Shown: piece after piece, positions 1 to 12,039 of the stretch
How positions within the stretch are numbered: position 1 is the stretch's first letter
Layout: each line of letters starts with the position of its first letter
NCBI GenBank assembly: GCA_030390025.1
Contig: CM059432.1
Span: 83,082,001 to 83,146,000, forward strand
DNA: 64,000 bases
Direction of reading: 5' to 3'
Source of the DNA: Squalus acanthias
Taxonomy: Eukaryota
Notes under the pieces: generated by a model
The model's input: the letters and a program-made list of their open reading frames with translations, nothing else
Database searches by the model: none
What the model was told of the DNA's origin: nothing
Position numbers and translations under genes: made by a program

Positions 1-744
1 AATAGAAAACATGAAACTTGAGACAAAATTTGAAGAAAAAAAAATCAATTACTTTGTGTTTTTTTTTACCTTTAGCTGTAATAGAATATCAAAATTGAAC
101 AACCTATATCAGACTTTGAAGTAGTGACATGTCTTGCGGAGGTGAAATTTTTATAGTATTGATTAGATTCATTTACAGACACTGATAGGTAGGCTATTGA
201 AATACTGATGTCTAGACCACACAGCTGCTTGGAGATGACTAGCAAAGAATTAAAAAAAACAAGTGTGGGGAAGAGAAGAAAGCAAATCAGTTTTGAAATG
301 TTCTTCCCAGTTTGATTTACAGATTAATGGATGGATAAACCAAACACCATTTTCAGTGAAAGCAATTGCCTTGGGCAACCCTACCTTTCCTTAAAAGGGA
401 TCACTTGGTTAATGTACCGAATTTTTAAGCGGAATAAGATCGAAGGAGATGATAAAACACTTTGTTATAACTTGTAATTTTAATCTCAAATGACAAAATC
501 TCTTGATTGAAAAAGGATCAAACACAACTAAAGTATATAGCAACAATTTCAACCAGAAACATACTGATCATCAAGCATCTAAAACTGGCAAAAGAACTGA
601 CAGATACAATCAGAACAGTTAACATGTTGAGACTGAAATCTGAGCTCATTCTTTCAAGCTGAAACTTTCAAGCAACCCCTGACAGAAATACTAAAAGGAC
701 TTACTCCCTGGATAAACTTGTCAAGCTTCAGGGAAAGCCTGCTT

Positions 745-1030
745 GAGGCAGAGAGTATCTGAGCTGTACAGCTCGGGAAGTCCCAGATTCAGCTCTCAAG
801 CCAGGCACTTCAATTGGCTTCATTCTTGATGCTAGTTGTTGTCGAATGACCCCGATGGAAATTGTGCACGTGCATATGTTTGATCAGGACAGGATCAGTT
901 GTGATGCCCTCAAATAGCTTGTCAACACTCCAGTTTAGGCTCACATCTGCCATTTGGGCAAGGAAACAGAGAGCTGCCACTGCACGTGGAACAGTTGTCT
1001 GGCATGACTCGCCATGTCCAGGAGGAGAGG
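745..1030 (+). mobile_element. Degenerate copy of an old dispersed SINE-like repeat
   Basis: Shares motifs (AATTGGCYTCA, GGRCAGGATCA, CAGGAGGAGAGG-like end) with copies at ~45.6k, 58.7k, 59.5k and 61.8k. Confidence 0.5.
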
Positions 1031-1949
1031 TTAAACAAAACTGCTGTTTAATCCTTTTCTATATTAAAAGGACACGGCAAGACAGGAAAGATAGGTTCCT
1101 AAAAATAGCTCAATGCAGTTCCCACTCAAACAAGAACTCAAGCCAGCACACCGTGTTTCCTGCAACAACCAAACATCAATTCTTGCCAGTAGGTTAATGT
1201 CAAAATCACCTCCCAAATAAAGTGAAACACTCTGTTAATGGCTAAAGAGTCAGTACAAAAAGCAATCACAACTTAAACAAAAAAGTGAGTATTTATTGAC
1301 CTTTTATACATCATGGCTGAACTCATAAGGAAACAGAATCTGAAGGGTAAATTCAGGCAAAAAGATATGCAAATTAAAATGCAATTTCAATGACAGATTG
1401 ACATTGCATTGGTAACATAAATGAGCCATTTGTATAGGAAAAGAAAATGCTCCAAATGCCTAGCACTTGAAGGAATCATTATGGTGCAGGACTGCAAGTT
1501 AAATTAGCGCCAATGAATATCATAATATATAAATTTGTTTAGACAGGAAATCCTGCTGCAATCCTCAGAAGGGTTAAACATATAAACTGATTTCCAAATG
1601 AACATTCAGACCACTCAATTTGAAATCATACAACCAGTGAACTCTGTACTCAGCCCAGATCAGAAGCTAGAGATCACAAGATAATGTGTGTTCTTTGAAC
1701 AGTGCTATTTTCGAAATAGCCCACATGGTTTTTCCTCACACCAATCTTACGCCGCGTGAAAATATTAACGAACTACTACCAGTACATGGAACACCAATAA
1801 CACTGCAAGAAAAACAGCAACCAATTAAATAAACAGGGATAGAGATTGTGTTATATACTGATGGTCTACATGTCCGATTTATTTTTCCATCAGCTCAGGC
1901 TCAGTCTCTACCTATCTTACTCACGAGAATCCAGTGGTAAGAAACTATC

Positions 1950-2682
1950 CTTGGCCCCCTCCTATTTCTCAACTCTATGCTGCCTCTCAGCAACATCATC
2001 CGAAAACACGACAACAGGTTCCACATGTATGCTGACAACACTCAGCTCCATCTCCACCAACTCTTTTGATCCCTCCACTGTCTAATTTGTCAGACTGCTT
2101 GTCCGACATCCAGTACTGGATGAGCAGAAATTTCTTCCAGCTAAATATTGGGAAGACCGATGCCATTGTCTTCAGTCCCAGTCACTAGCGCCGTTCCCTA
2201 GCCACCAACTCCATCCCTCTCCCGGGTCACTGTCTGAGGCTGAACCAGACCGTTCGCAACCTTGGCGTCCTATTTGACCCAGAGAGGAGCGTCCGACCAC
2301 AGATCTGTTCCGTCACCAAGACCGCCTACTTCCACCTCCATAACAATCGCCCGACTCCGAACCTGCCCCAGCTCATCTGCTGCTGAAACCCTCAACTATG
2401 CCTTTGTTACCTCTAGACTTGACTATTCCAATGCTCTCCTGGCCGGCCTCCCATCTTCCACCCTACATAAACTTGAACTCATCAAAAACTCTGCTGCTCG
2501 TATCCTAACTCGCACCAAGTCCCGTTCACCCATCACCCTTGTGCTCGCTGACCTACACTGGCTCCTGGTCCGGCCATACCTCAATTTTAAAATTCTCATC
2601 CTTATTTTCAACTCCCTCCGTAGCCTCACCCCTTCCCGTCTCTGGTACCTCGTCCAGCTCTACGCTCCTCCAAATCTGGCCT
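1950..2682 (+). mobile_element. L2-clade LINE, RT 3' part (left segment)
   Basis: ORF 2262-2702 contains AFVTSRLDYSNALLAGLP...NSAARILT...LADLHWL, typical of L2. Continues at ~7455. Confidence 0.9.
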
Positions 2683-2735
2683 TTCCTACATTACAACAGT
2701 GACTACACTCCAAAAAATACTTCATTGGCTGTAAA
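2683..2735 (+). mobile_element. DeuSINE 3' fragment (left part; continues 7405-7454)
   Basis: TTCCTACATTACAACAGTGACTACAC...CATTGGCTGTAAA matches SINE copies at 36.6k and 53.6k. Confidence 0.8.
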
Positions 2736-5700
2736 CATAACAAGACGTAGGAGCAGGAGGAGGTCATTTGGCCCCTCGAGCCTGCTCCGCCATTCAATAA
2801 GATCATGGCTGATCTGATCTTGGCCTCAACTCCACTTCCCTGCCCGCTCCCAATAACCCTGGACTCCCTTACCATATAAAAATCTGACTATCTCCACCTT
2901 AAATATATTCAATGACCCAGCCTCCACAGCTCTCTGGGGAAGAGAATTCCATAGATTCACAACCCTGAGAGAGAAATTTCTCATTTCCGATTTAAAAGGG
3001 TGCCCTCTTATTCTGAAATTATGGTCCCTAGTTCTAGATTCCCCCACGAGGGGAAACATCCTCGCTACATCTACCCTGTCAAGCCCCTTCAGAATCTAAC
3101 ATTTCAATAAGATCCCCTCTCATTCTTCTAAACTCCAATGAGTATAGGCCCAACCTTTCTTCATAAGATAACCCCTTCATCTCCGGAATCAACCTCGTGA
3201 ACCTTCGCTGAACTGCCTCCAATGCAAGTATATCCTTCCTTAAATAAGGAGACCAAAACTGTACGCAGTACTCCAGGTGTGGTCTCACCAACGCCCTGTA
3301 CAGTTGTAACAGGACTTCCCTACTTTTATACTCCATTCCCTTTGCAATAAGGGCCAACACTCCATTTGCCTTCCTAATTACTTGCTGTACCTGCATGCTA
3401 ACTTTTTGTGATCCCTCTGTACCTCAGTATTTTGTAATCTCTCCCCATTTAAATAATAATTTGCTTTTTTATTTTTCCTACCAAAGTGGATAACCTCACA
3501 TTTTCCCACATTAAACTCCATCTGCAAGATTTTTGCCCACTCACTTAGCCTATCTATAGCCCTTGGAGATTCTTTGCGTCCTCCACACAATTTGCTTTCC
3601 CACCTATCTTTGTATCATCAGCAAATTTGGCTACATTACACTCAGTCCCTTCATATTAATATAGAATGTAAATAGTTGAAGCCCCAACACGATCCCTGCG
3701 GCACCCCACCAGTTACAGTTTGCCAACTTGAAAATGACCCATTTATCCCGACTCTCTGTTTTCTGTTAGTTAGCCAATCCTCTATCCATGCTAATTAATA
3801 TGTTACCCCCAACCCCATGAGCTCTTATCTTGTGTAGTAACTGTTTGTGGCACCTTATCGAATGCCTTCTGGAAATCCAAATACAGGATATCTACTGGTT
3901 CCCCTTTATCCACCCTGTTAGTTACATCCTCAAAAGAACTCCAGCAAATTTGTCAAACATGATTTCCCTTTCATAAAACCATGCTGACTCTGCTTGACTA
4001 TATTATGATTTTCTAAATGTCCTGCTATCACTTCCTTAATGATGGACCCATGCATTTTCCCAATGACAGATGTTAGGCTCACTGGTCGATGGTTGCCTGC
4101 TTTCTGTCTCCCTCCTTTCTTAAATAGGGGCGTTACATTTGCGGTTTTCTCATCCGCTAGGACCTCTGCAGAATCCAGGGAATTCTGGTAGATTACAACC
4201 AATGCATCCACTATCTTTGCAGACGCCTCTTTTAAGACCCTAGGATGCAGGCCATCGGGTCATGGGGACTTGTCCACCTTTAGTCCCATTAGTTTGCCTA
4301 GTACTTTCTTTCTAGTGATAGTGATTGTTTTAAGTCCCCTCCACCACCCCCCCCACCCCAATAGCCCCTTGATTATCTATTATTGGGATGCTTTTAGTGT
4401 CTTCTACCATGAAGACCGATACAAAATATTTGTTCACGGTCTCCACCATTTCCCTGTTCCCCATTATTAATTCCCCAGACTCATCCTCTAGGGAACCAAT
4501 GTTTACTTTAGCTACTCTCTTCCTTTTTATATACCTGTAGAAGCTCTTACTGTCTGTTTTTATATTTCTTGCTAGCTTACTCTCATAAGCCATCTACTCT
4601 CTCTATCATTTTTTTCGTCGTCCTTTGCTGCTTTTTAAAAATTTCCCAATCCTCTGGCCTTTCACTATTCTTCGCAACATTGTATGCTTTTGTTTTCAAT
4701 TTGATACCATCCTTTACTTCCTTAGTTAGCCACGGATGGTTTATCCTTCTCTTAGAGTCTTTCTTTCTCACTGGAATATATCTTTGCTGAGAGTTATGAA
4801 ATATCTCCTTAAATGTTTGCCGCTGCTTTTCTACAGTCTTACCCTGTAATATATTTTCCCAGACCACTTTAACCAAGTCTGCCTTCATACCTTTGTAATT
4901 ACCTTTATTTAAGTTCAGGACACTAGTTTGAGACCCAGCTTTCTCACCCTCAAACGGAATTTGAAATTCTACCATGCTATGATCACTCTTCCCAAGAGGA
5001 TCCTTCACTTCGAGATTAATTAATCCTGCCTCGTTACATATTACCATATCTAAAATAGTCTTCTTCCTGGTTGGTTCCACAACATATTGTTCCAAGAAAC
5101 CATCCCGTATACACTCTAAGAACTCCTCCTCAAGTCTATCTTTGCCAATTTGCTTTGTCCAATCAACATGAAGATTAAAATCTCCCATGATTATAGCCAT
5201 ACCTTTCTTACAAGCCTCTATTATTTCTTAATTTATTCTCTGTCCTACCATGTGGCTACTGTTTGGGGGCCTGTAGACCACTCCCACCAGTGACTTTTTA
5301 CCCTCATTATTTCTTATCTCCACCCAAACTGATTCTACATCTTGATCTTCTAGGCCAATATAATTTCTCATTACTGCACTGATCTCATCCCTTATTAACA
5401 GAGCTACACCACCTCCTTTTCCTTTCTGCCTATCCTTACAAAATGGCAAATACCCCTGAATATTCAGTTCCCAGCCTTGATCACCTTGCAACCACGTCTC
5501 TGTAATGGCCATCAGATCATACCCATTTATTTTTATTTGTGCGGTCAACTCATCTATCTTAAGAATGCTGCGTGCGTTCAGATATAGAGCTTTTAATTTT
5601 GTCTTTTTACCACTTTTCCCTACTCTGACCCCTCTTTCTGATGCGCTCATGTGTGTATACGCTCTGTCCCTTCCGGTCACACTCTGGTTATCATTACCCC

Positions 5701-7404
5701 CATCGCTACCCTGCACTTTTGCCTTCTCATTTTTCTTTGACTTTAATTTCCGCTCGGCGTATCCCTCCCCCCCCCACTATTTAGTTTAAAGCCCTATCTA
5801 TTCGATTCACCAGGACACTGGTCCCAGCCTGGTTTGAATGAAGCCCGTCCCGACGGAACAGCTCCCTCTTATCCCAGTACTGGTGCTAGTGCCCCAGGAA
5901 TCGAAACCCATTTCTCCCACACCAATTTTTGAGCCACTCGTTCATCTCTGATCTTATTTACCCGATGCCAATTTGCACGTGGCTCAGGTAGTAATCTAGA
6001 GATTACCTACCTTTGTGGTTCTGCTTTTTAATTTAGCCCCTAGCTGCACATACTCCCTCAGCAGAACCTCTTTCTTTGTCCTACCTATGTCGTTGGTACC
6101 TACATGGACCACGACAACTGGATCTTTCCCTTCCCACTCTAAGTTCCTCTCCAGCCCAGAAGAGATGTCCTTTACCCTGGCACCGGGCAGGCAACACCGC
6201 CTTCGGGACTCACGCTCTCGGCTGCACAGAACAGTATCAACCCCCTAGCTATACTGTCCCCTACCACTACCACATTTCTTTTTGCTCCCTCCACTTGAAT
6301 GGCTCCTTGTGGTCAGCTTGCTCATCCTCACTGCAGTCCCTGCTCTCACCCAGAGAGTAAGAACCTCGTAACTGTTGGACAAGAGCAAGGGTTGAGGCTC
6401 CTCCACCCCTACCTCCTGGTTCCCCATACCTACCTCGCTCGTAGTCACAACCACCTGTCCCTGACTGCCTCCTGGAACACAGCGTCCAGGTAACTCTCCC
6501 CCTCCCTGATGTGTCAGTGTTTAAAGCTTGGACTCCTGCTCATCAACACGGAGCTGAAGTTCCTCGAGCAACCAACACTTACTGCAAATGTGGTCACTGT
6601 GGACCTCAATGGTGTCCACCAGCAACACATCGCTGTCCTGCCATCTCTAATGTATTTAATTAATTAAGTGTTTAAGTTTGGAATGTTTAGTCTTTAATCC
6701 CAGCTCTTAATTTAAACCAATGCCCAAGGAAAGAGAGAAATACTGACCAATCACTTCCCTGCTTTCCTGTGACGTCAATCCTTGTTTTTGTTGTCAGGTC
6801 CGCTGCCTCTGCTCTCGAGCCTCCCTATGCCACTGCTGTTTATTTGCTCCGCCTCCGCTCTCGCTCAGATCCGCTGCCTCTGCCTTTTCCCTGTGATGTC
6901 ACCTTTTATTTTTCTCCGAATGCGGTTGGGGAGTTTCACAGAGCCAAACTACCGCTGGTTCTCTGTCCCCTCTTGTGCAGATTTTTAAATCCTGCTCTCC
7001 TGGAGGCAAACTCGCACGTTTACATTCTGTTCCAAGCTGCACTCAGTGAGAAACTGCACTCTAGCCTCCCTTATTTATACTACTGAGATTTATGAGTCAC
7101 CTCTCTGGCAGTTGCAGATCCAGACCAGTTAATTAATTAATTAGCCCCACCCACTCCAGCACAGAGCTTGCTTTGCCCTGCCCAAGCCTGGAAGAACCTA
7201 AACTTAAAAACAGTAAATTTAAGTTAAATGCTAATTGCAAGCGCACAAGACTAGATTTTATTTTAAAAAATTAACCCTTAAGATTCACTCCCTTACTCAC
7301 CAAACTCGCACGTTTACACTCTGTCCCAAGCTGCACACCGTGAGAAACTGCATTCTAGCCTCCCTTATTTATACTACTGAGATTTGAGAGTCACCTCTCT
7401 GGCA
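2736..7404 (-). mobile_element. Near-full-length CR1 LINE (copy A), frameshifted
   Basis: Minus-strand ORFs give APE endonuclease (YLNARS, ITETWL, VYRPP, GDFN, SDH), RT pieces (RPVSLTS, QHGF, RPHLEYCVQFWSP) and C-terminus (NFSLRVVNLWNSLP). ORF1 remnants ~5790-6640. CR1 3' tail at ~2736. Confidence 0.95.
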
Positions 7405-7405
7405 G
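7007..7405. repeat. Two ~105-bp direct repeats (7007-7111, 7301-7405) at the 5' end of CR1 copy A
   Basis: CAAACTCGCACGTTTACA...CCCTTATTTATACTACTGAGATTT..GAGTCACCTCTCTGGCAG present twice. Confidence 0.9.
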
Positions 7406-7454
7406 CTTTGGGATGTCCGGTGGTTGTGAAATGCAAGTTTTGCTTTTTTTTTTT

Positions 7455-7730
7455 TGCGCATCTCCGATTTTAATCGCTCCACCATTGGCGGCCGTGCCTT
7501 CAGCTGCCTAGGCCCCAAGCACTGGAATTCCATCCCTAAGCCTCTTCGCTTTTCTATCTCTCTCCTCCTTTAAGACGCTCTTAAAACCTACCTCTGACAA
7601 AGCTTTTGGTCAACTGTCCTAATATCGCACGTGACTCAGTGTCAAATTTTGTTTGATAACGCTCCGATGAAGCACCTTGTGACGCTTTACTATATTAAAG
7701 GCACCAGATAAATGCAAGTTGTTGTTGTAG
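7455..7730 (+). mobile_element. L2 LINE 3' end (right segment of 1950-2682)
   Basis: GCGCATCTCCGATTTTAATCGCTCC...ATAAATGCAAGTTGTTGTTGT, colinear with uninterrupted L2 ends at 32.5k and 37.0k. Confidence 0.9.
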
Positions 7731-8130
7731 TACACAGTCACATCCAATTAAATCAAATCCATTAGTGCAGATGAAAATCAAATCATAGTGTTGGCAAACC
7801 CTCTTCAAGGAGCAGAGATGACCAGAGTCTCAACTTCTGCAGTAAGTTCCTGTAAAAATGGGAACCCCACTTCTCATGCTTGACTACTGCCAGAAGATTG
7901 AGAGAAAGATTTAAAAGGAGTGAACTTTAAGATCAACTCCAATGTTTCAATTTACCTATTTGCCCAGTGCTGACATTACAATTTCTGAAATAGTATCAAA
8001 TAGACAACCCTGAACTAGTGTTTTTCAAAAAGATACACAGACCTTATCAGCCTATCTGAAAAGCAAAAGGATATTTCTCACTTAATATCTGGAGATGAGA
8101 TATTAGCTGGAGTCTATAGGTTTGTTTCAG

Positions 8131-8290
8131 TATCATAAAATCTTATAGCACAGGAGGCGGCTCTTTGGCCCATCTTCCTTGCATCAGCTCTTTGAAAGAG
8201 CTATCCAATTAGTCCCACTCCCCAGTAGGGGCACAATCCCTGAAAGATTGCTGGTGTGATGTACAAATTCCTTCCGCAATACTACATGCA
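8131..8290 (-). mobile_element. Short CR1 3'-tail fragment
   Basis: Resembles the CR1 tail at 33751-33850 and, in reverse, 60530-60615. Confidence 0.6.
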
Positions 8291-9594
8291 GTTTGCCAAG
8301 TGACAATGAACTCCACTCATTTGCATTTGTTGCTTGAGTGAATAATCGCCTGCCTAGCCAGTGAAAATAGTACGCACTCTCACCAGAACTGAAACTTAAT
8401 TTTGTTTTGCGTAAAGGACAATTTTTTAAATTAGTGCTCTTAATATAGATCAAGAAAATGTTGACAAGTTGTTTCATATGCTTGTTAAAATGATGTCAGA
8501 TTAACTCAATTGGTTCCATTCTACAAAAAACAAAATGTTAAACACCAAAAACCACTGAATAAAGAATTGCATCAAATACAGCTCAACAATTTTTAGATAA
8601 AATAGACACAGTCTCCCCCCCCCCCCCCCCAACCACCCCCCCCACTGGCTTTGCCGTGCCAATAACCTACCACCAAAAAGCTATGCTTCAGATCTTGTGC
8701 ACTACGCATCTGTTAAACTTATTTTTTCCTCGGAGTTCTGCTGGTATTCAGCCAGTTTTACTGGCCAAGACACACCAGGCTAACTGCCAATCACGTGTCG
8801 TCTCATAGGCTCTTCCTCACAAAGCAAGAGGAAGCTGACTCTAAACTACACTACCTGCTTTCATTATGAACGACTGGCAGCGCCAGTCTTCTGCTTTAGT
8901 AAGTTCAGTCAAGCACATCCATTTTCAGCTCACTGCATTGTACAGCAACAGCTTTCCACCAGTTTTTTAAAAAAGGAACAATTTGTATTAGGGAGTAGCT
9001 CCTCTGAAAAATACACTTAAAAAAAATGAAACTATACAGCTCTCCAAAGCCTACAGTTATACATAAACAAAAATTTACTGCAACTTTTTTTTGTAAATAG
9101 AAGAGCAGCCCTATATTAGCAAAAGACAAGAATACATTTAACAAAAAAGTTCTTGTATTTAATCTATTCACCAAACTAAAGACACAACATTCTTACCATT
9201 TCACCAACAAAGACCAGCTATCAATTTTAACAATCTCTACAAACATGGCAAAACCAAACTTTTGTGGCAAATCAATTAAAATAATGAGCCACCTCATGAC
9301 TCAAACTGCCAACAATTTGGGTTTGAGGGAACCAATGATTTATTCATAAGCCTCAGTCATTATATTTACTCCTTTAGACTAAATAACTTTTCCTTTGACA
9401 CGGTCAGTACAAATACAAAAAATGGAAGGGGCAATAGTATAGTTATAGACCGAGTACTTTCCAAGGCTAGTAAATACCATAAGAGTAGTGAAGCAAAAGT
9501 GAGATTGCAGCTAAAACCTGCTCTTCCACTTACACCATTTGTCATACTTTATTAAACAAATTCTCCTACATACTAGCTCAGGATATTGGATTTG

Positions 9595-9710
9595 ATAAGT
9601 GACTACATTATGACGGCAACTACATTTCAAAAGTACTTGATTGGCTGTGAAATGCTTTGGGATATCTTGAGTCATGAAAGGGGCTATATAAATGCAAGTT
9701 CTTTTTTTTC
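9595..9710 (+). mobile_element. DeuSINE 3' fragment
   Basis: TCAAAAGTACTTGATTGGCTGTGAAATGCTTTGGGA...GCTATATAAATGCAAG. Confidence 0.75.
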
Positions 9711-9872
9711 CTTTAAGCATGAAACCAATGGTGTAACTGTGTCACAGCTGACAAAAATTCAACTTTCATTTCCACTCAAGTCAAAAATTAATAAAATTCA
9801 ATACTGTTCACTGGCACTAAAGCAATGTAGAATTATGTAATATCCTTCCATAGAAACCTACAATCACATCAC

Positions 9873-10675
9873 AGCAGCGGCGAGAGGATAAAGAGCGGCC
9901 CGGGAGCGGAGCTGAATTAAAGCAGCGGCAGCGGCGAGAGGATAAAGAGCGGCCCGGGAGCGGAGCTGAATTAAAGCAGCGGCAGGAGGATAAAGAGCGG
10001 CCCGGGAGTGGAGCTGAATTAAAGCAGCGGCAGCGGAGAGAGGATAAAGAGCGGCCCGAGAGTGGACCTGAATTAAAGCAGCGGAGAGAGGATAAAGAGC
10101 GGCCCGGGAGCGGACCTGAATTAAAGCAGCGGAGAGAGGATAAAGAGCGGCCCGGGAGCGGAGCTGAATTAAAGCAGCGGTAGCGGCGAGAGGATAAAGA
10201 GCGGCCCGGGAGTGGAGCTGAATTAAAGCAGCGGTAGCGGCGAGAGGATAAAGAGCGGCCCGGGAGTGGAGCTGAATTAAAGCAGCAGTAGCGGAGAGAG
10301 GATAAAGAGCGGCCCGAGAGTGGAGCTGAATTAAAGCAGCAGTAGCGGCGAGAGGATAAAGAGCGGCCCGAGAGTGGACCTGAATTAAAGCAGCAGTAGC
10401 GGCGAGAGGATAAAGAGCGGCCCGAGAGTGGAGCTGAATTAAAGCAGCGGTAGCGGAGAGAGGATAAAGAGCAGCCCGGGAGCGGAGCTGAATTAAAGCA
10501 GCAGTAGCGGCGAGAGGATAAAGAGCGGCCCGAGAGTGGAGCTGAATTAAAGCAGCGGTAGCGGAGAGAGGATAAAGAGCGGCCCGAGAGTGGAGCTGAA
10601 TTAAAGCAGCGGTAGCGGAGAGGATAAAGAGCGGCCCGAGAGTGGAGCTGAATTAAAGCAGCGGCAGCGGCGAGG
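9873..10675 (+). repeat. CpG-rich minisatellite, 15 units of mostly 54 bp (some 48 bp)
   Basis: Unit AGGATAAAGAGCGGCCCG(G/A)GAG(C/T)GGA(G/C)CTGAATTAAAGCAGC(GGTAGC)GG(C/A)GAG counted directly. Confidence 0.97.
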
Positions 10676-10907
10676 CTTGGATTCAAAAACGTTAGAGTGA
10701 TGTCACAGGAGAGCAGGTAGGTGATTGGTTGGTGAGTATTACAGCTCTTTTTGCTCTAAGTTAGGGAAGGGGGTTAAATTAAGAGCTGAGAAACTGTAAC
10801 TTGCTAGTACTTAACTTAAACTAAATAAAATAATCAAACAATAAACCTAAAATATCAATTGAATAAAATCTTTAACTAATGAATTAATAAATAAAACAAG
10901 GTTAGAG

Positions 10908-11886
10908 ATGGCAGGGCAGGTGGTGTGTCATAACTGCAGCATGTGGGAGTCTGTGGAGAGCATCGCGATCCCAAGCAACCACATCTGCAGTAAGTGTCTG
11001 CAACTCGAGGAACTTCGGCTCAGAATTGTTGAGCTGGAGTACGAGCTGCAGACATTGCGATGCATGAGGGAGGGGGAGAGTTACCTGGACACTTTGTTCC
11101 AGGAGGCAGACACACCCTTTAGGTTAAGTAGTACTTTAGAGTTCATCAGTGGTCAGGGACAGGAGGGTGTGACTGCGAGTCAGGAAGGTAGGGGGACCCA
11201 GGATGTAGTGATGGAGGAGACTCAGCCCTGGACCTTGTCCAACAGGTACGAGGTACTTTCTACCTGTATGGATGAGGAAAAGGACTGCAGGGAGGATGGG
11301 CAAACTGACCACGGCACTGTGGTACAGGGGGCCATCCAAGTGGGGGGGGGAGAAGAGGGAAGGAATGTGGTAGTAGTAGGGGACAGTATAGTCAGGGGGA
11401 TAGATACTGTTCTCTGCAGCCACAAAAGAGAGAGTCCCGAAGGCTGTGTTGCCTGCCAGGGTTAAGGATATCTCCTCGCGGCTGGAGAAGAACTTGGACC
11501 ACGACAACTGGATCCTCCCCCTCCCACTCCATGTAGGAACCAACGACATAGGTAGAAATAACAATGAGGTTCTGCTGAGGGAGTTTGAGGAGCTAGGGTC
11601 TAAATTAATAAGCAGAACCACAAGGGTAATAACCTCTGGATTACTACCTGAGCCACACGCAAATTGGCATAGGGTCAAGCAGATCAGAGAATTAAATGCG
11701 TGGCTCAAAGAGTGCTGTGGGAAAAAGGGGGTTTCCATTCATGGGGCACTGACACCAGTACTGGGGAAAGAGGGAGATGTTCCGTCGAGTCAGCTCCACT
11801 TAAACCGGGCTGGGACCAGCGTCCTGGCGAATCGAATAACTAGGGCTGTAGATAGGGCTTTAGCTAAAAAAAAAAAGGGGGGGTAA
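10908..11886 (+). pseudogene. CR1 ORF1 (Cys/His zinc finger, leucine-zipper-like segment, SGNH esterase), frameshifted
   Basis: MAGQVVCHNCSMW...HICSKC...LRIVELEYELQTL, VVGDSIVR, HVGTND, LHLN. Confidence 0.9.
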
Positions 11887-12039
11887 GGGGTCAAGTGAGG
11901 GTAAATTTAGAAATCTAAAAAGAGAAAGGTCAAGGCAATAGAGCAGTGTAGCGATTTGGGTAAAAATAAGCAGTGCGACAGGAAGGGACAGAGAGTTTAA
12001 CGGTAGCAGTGCAGCAGAGAATAACGATAAAAAATGTAA

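Noticed and set aside
8614..8644. Poly-C/poly-G tracts as functional G-quadruplexes (also 20675, 23865, 25105, 34835, 59665)
   Set aside because: These are simple homopolymer runs, several inside repeats, with no evidence of function.
9192..9245. Possible 40-nt minus-strand exon
   Set aside because: A GTAAGA donor is present, but the polypyrimidine tract is poor and two frames have stops.
9873..10675. CRISPR-like array
   Set aside because: There are no unique spacers, the units are head-to-tail, there are no cas genes and the context is vertebrate.
9817..10686. 289-aa minus-strand ORF
   Set aside because: It is the translation of the minisatellite. Units are mostly multiples of 3 with no stop in that frame, and there is no gene context.
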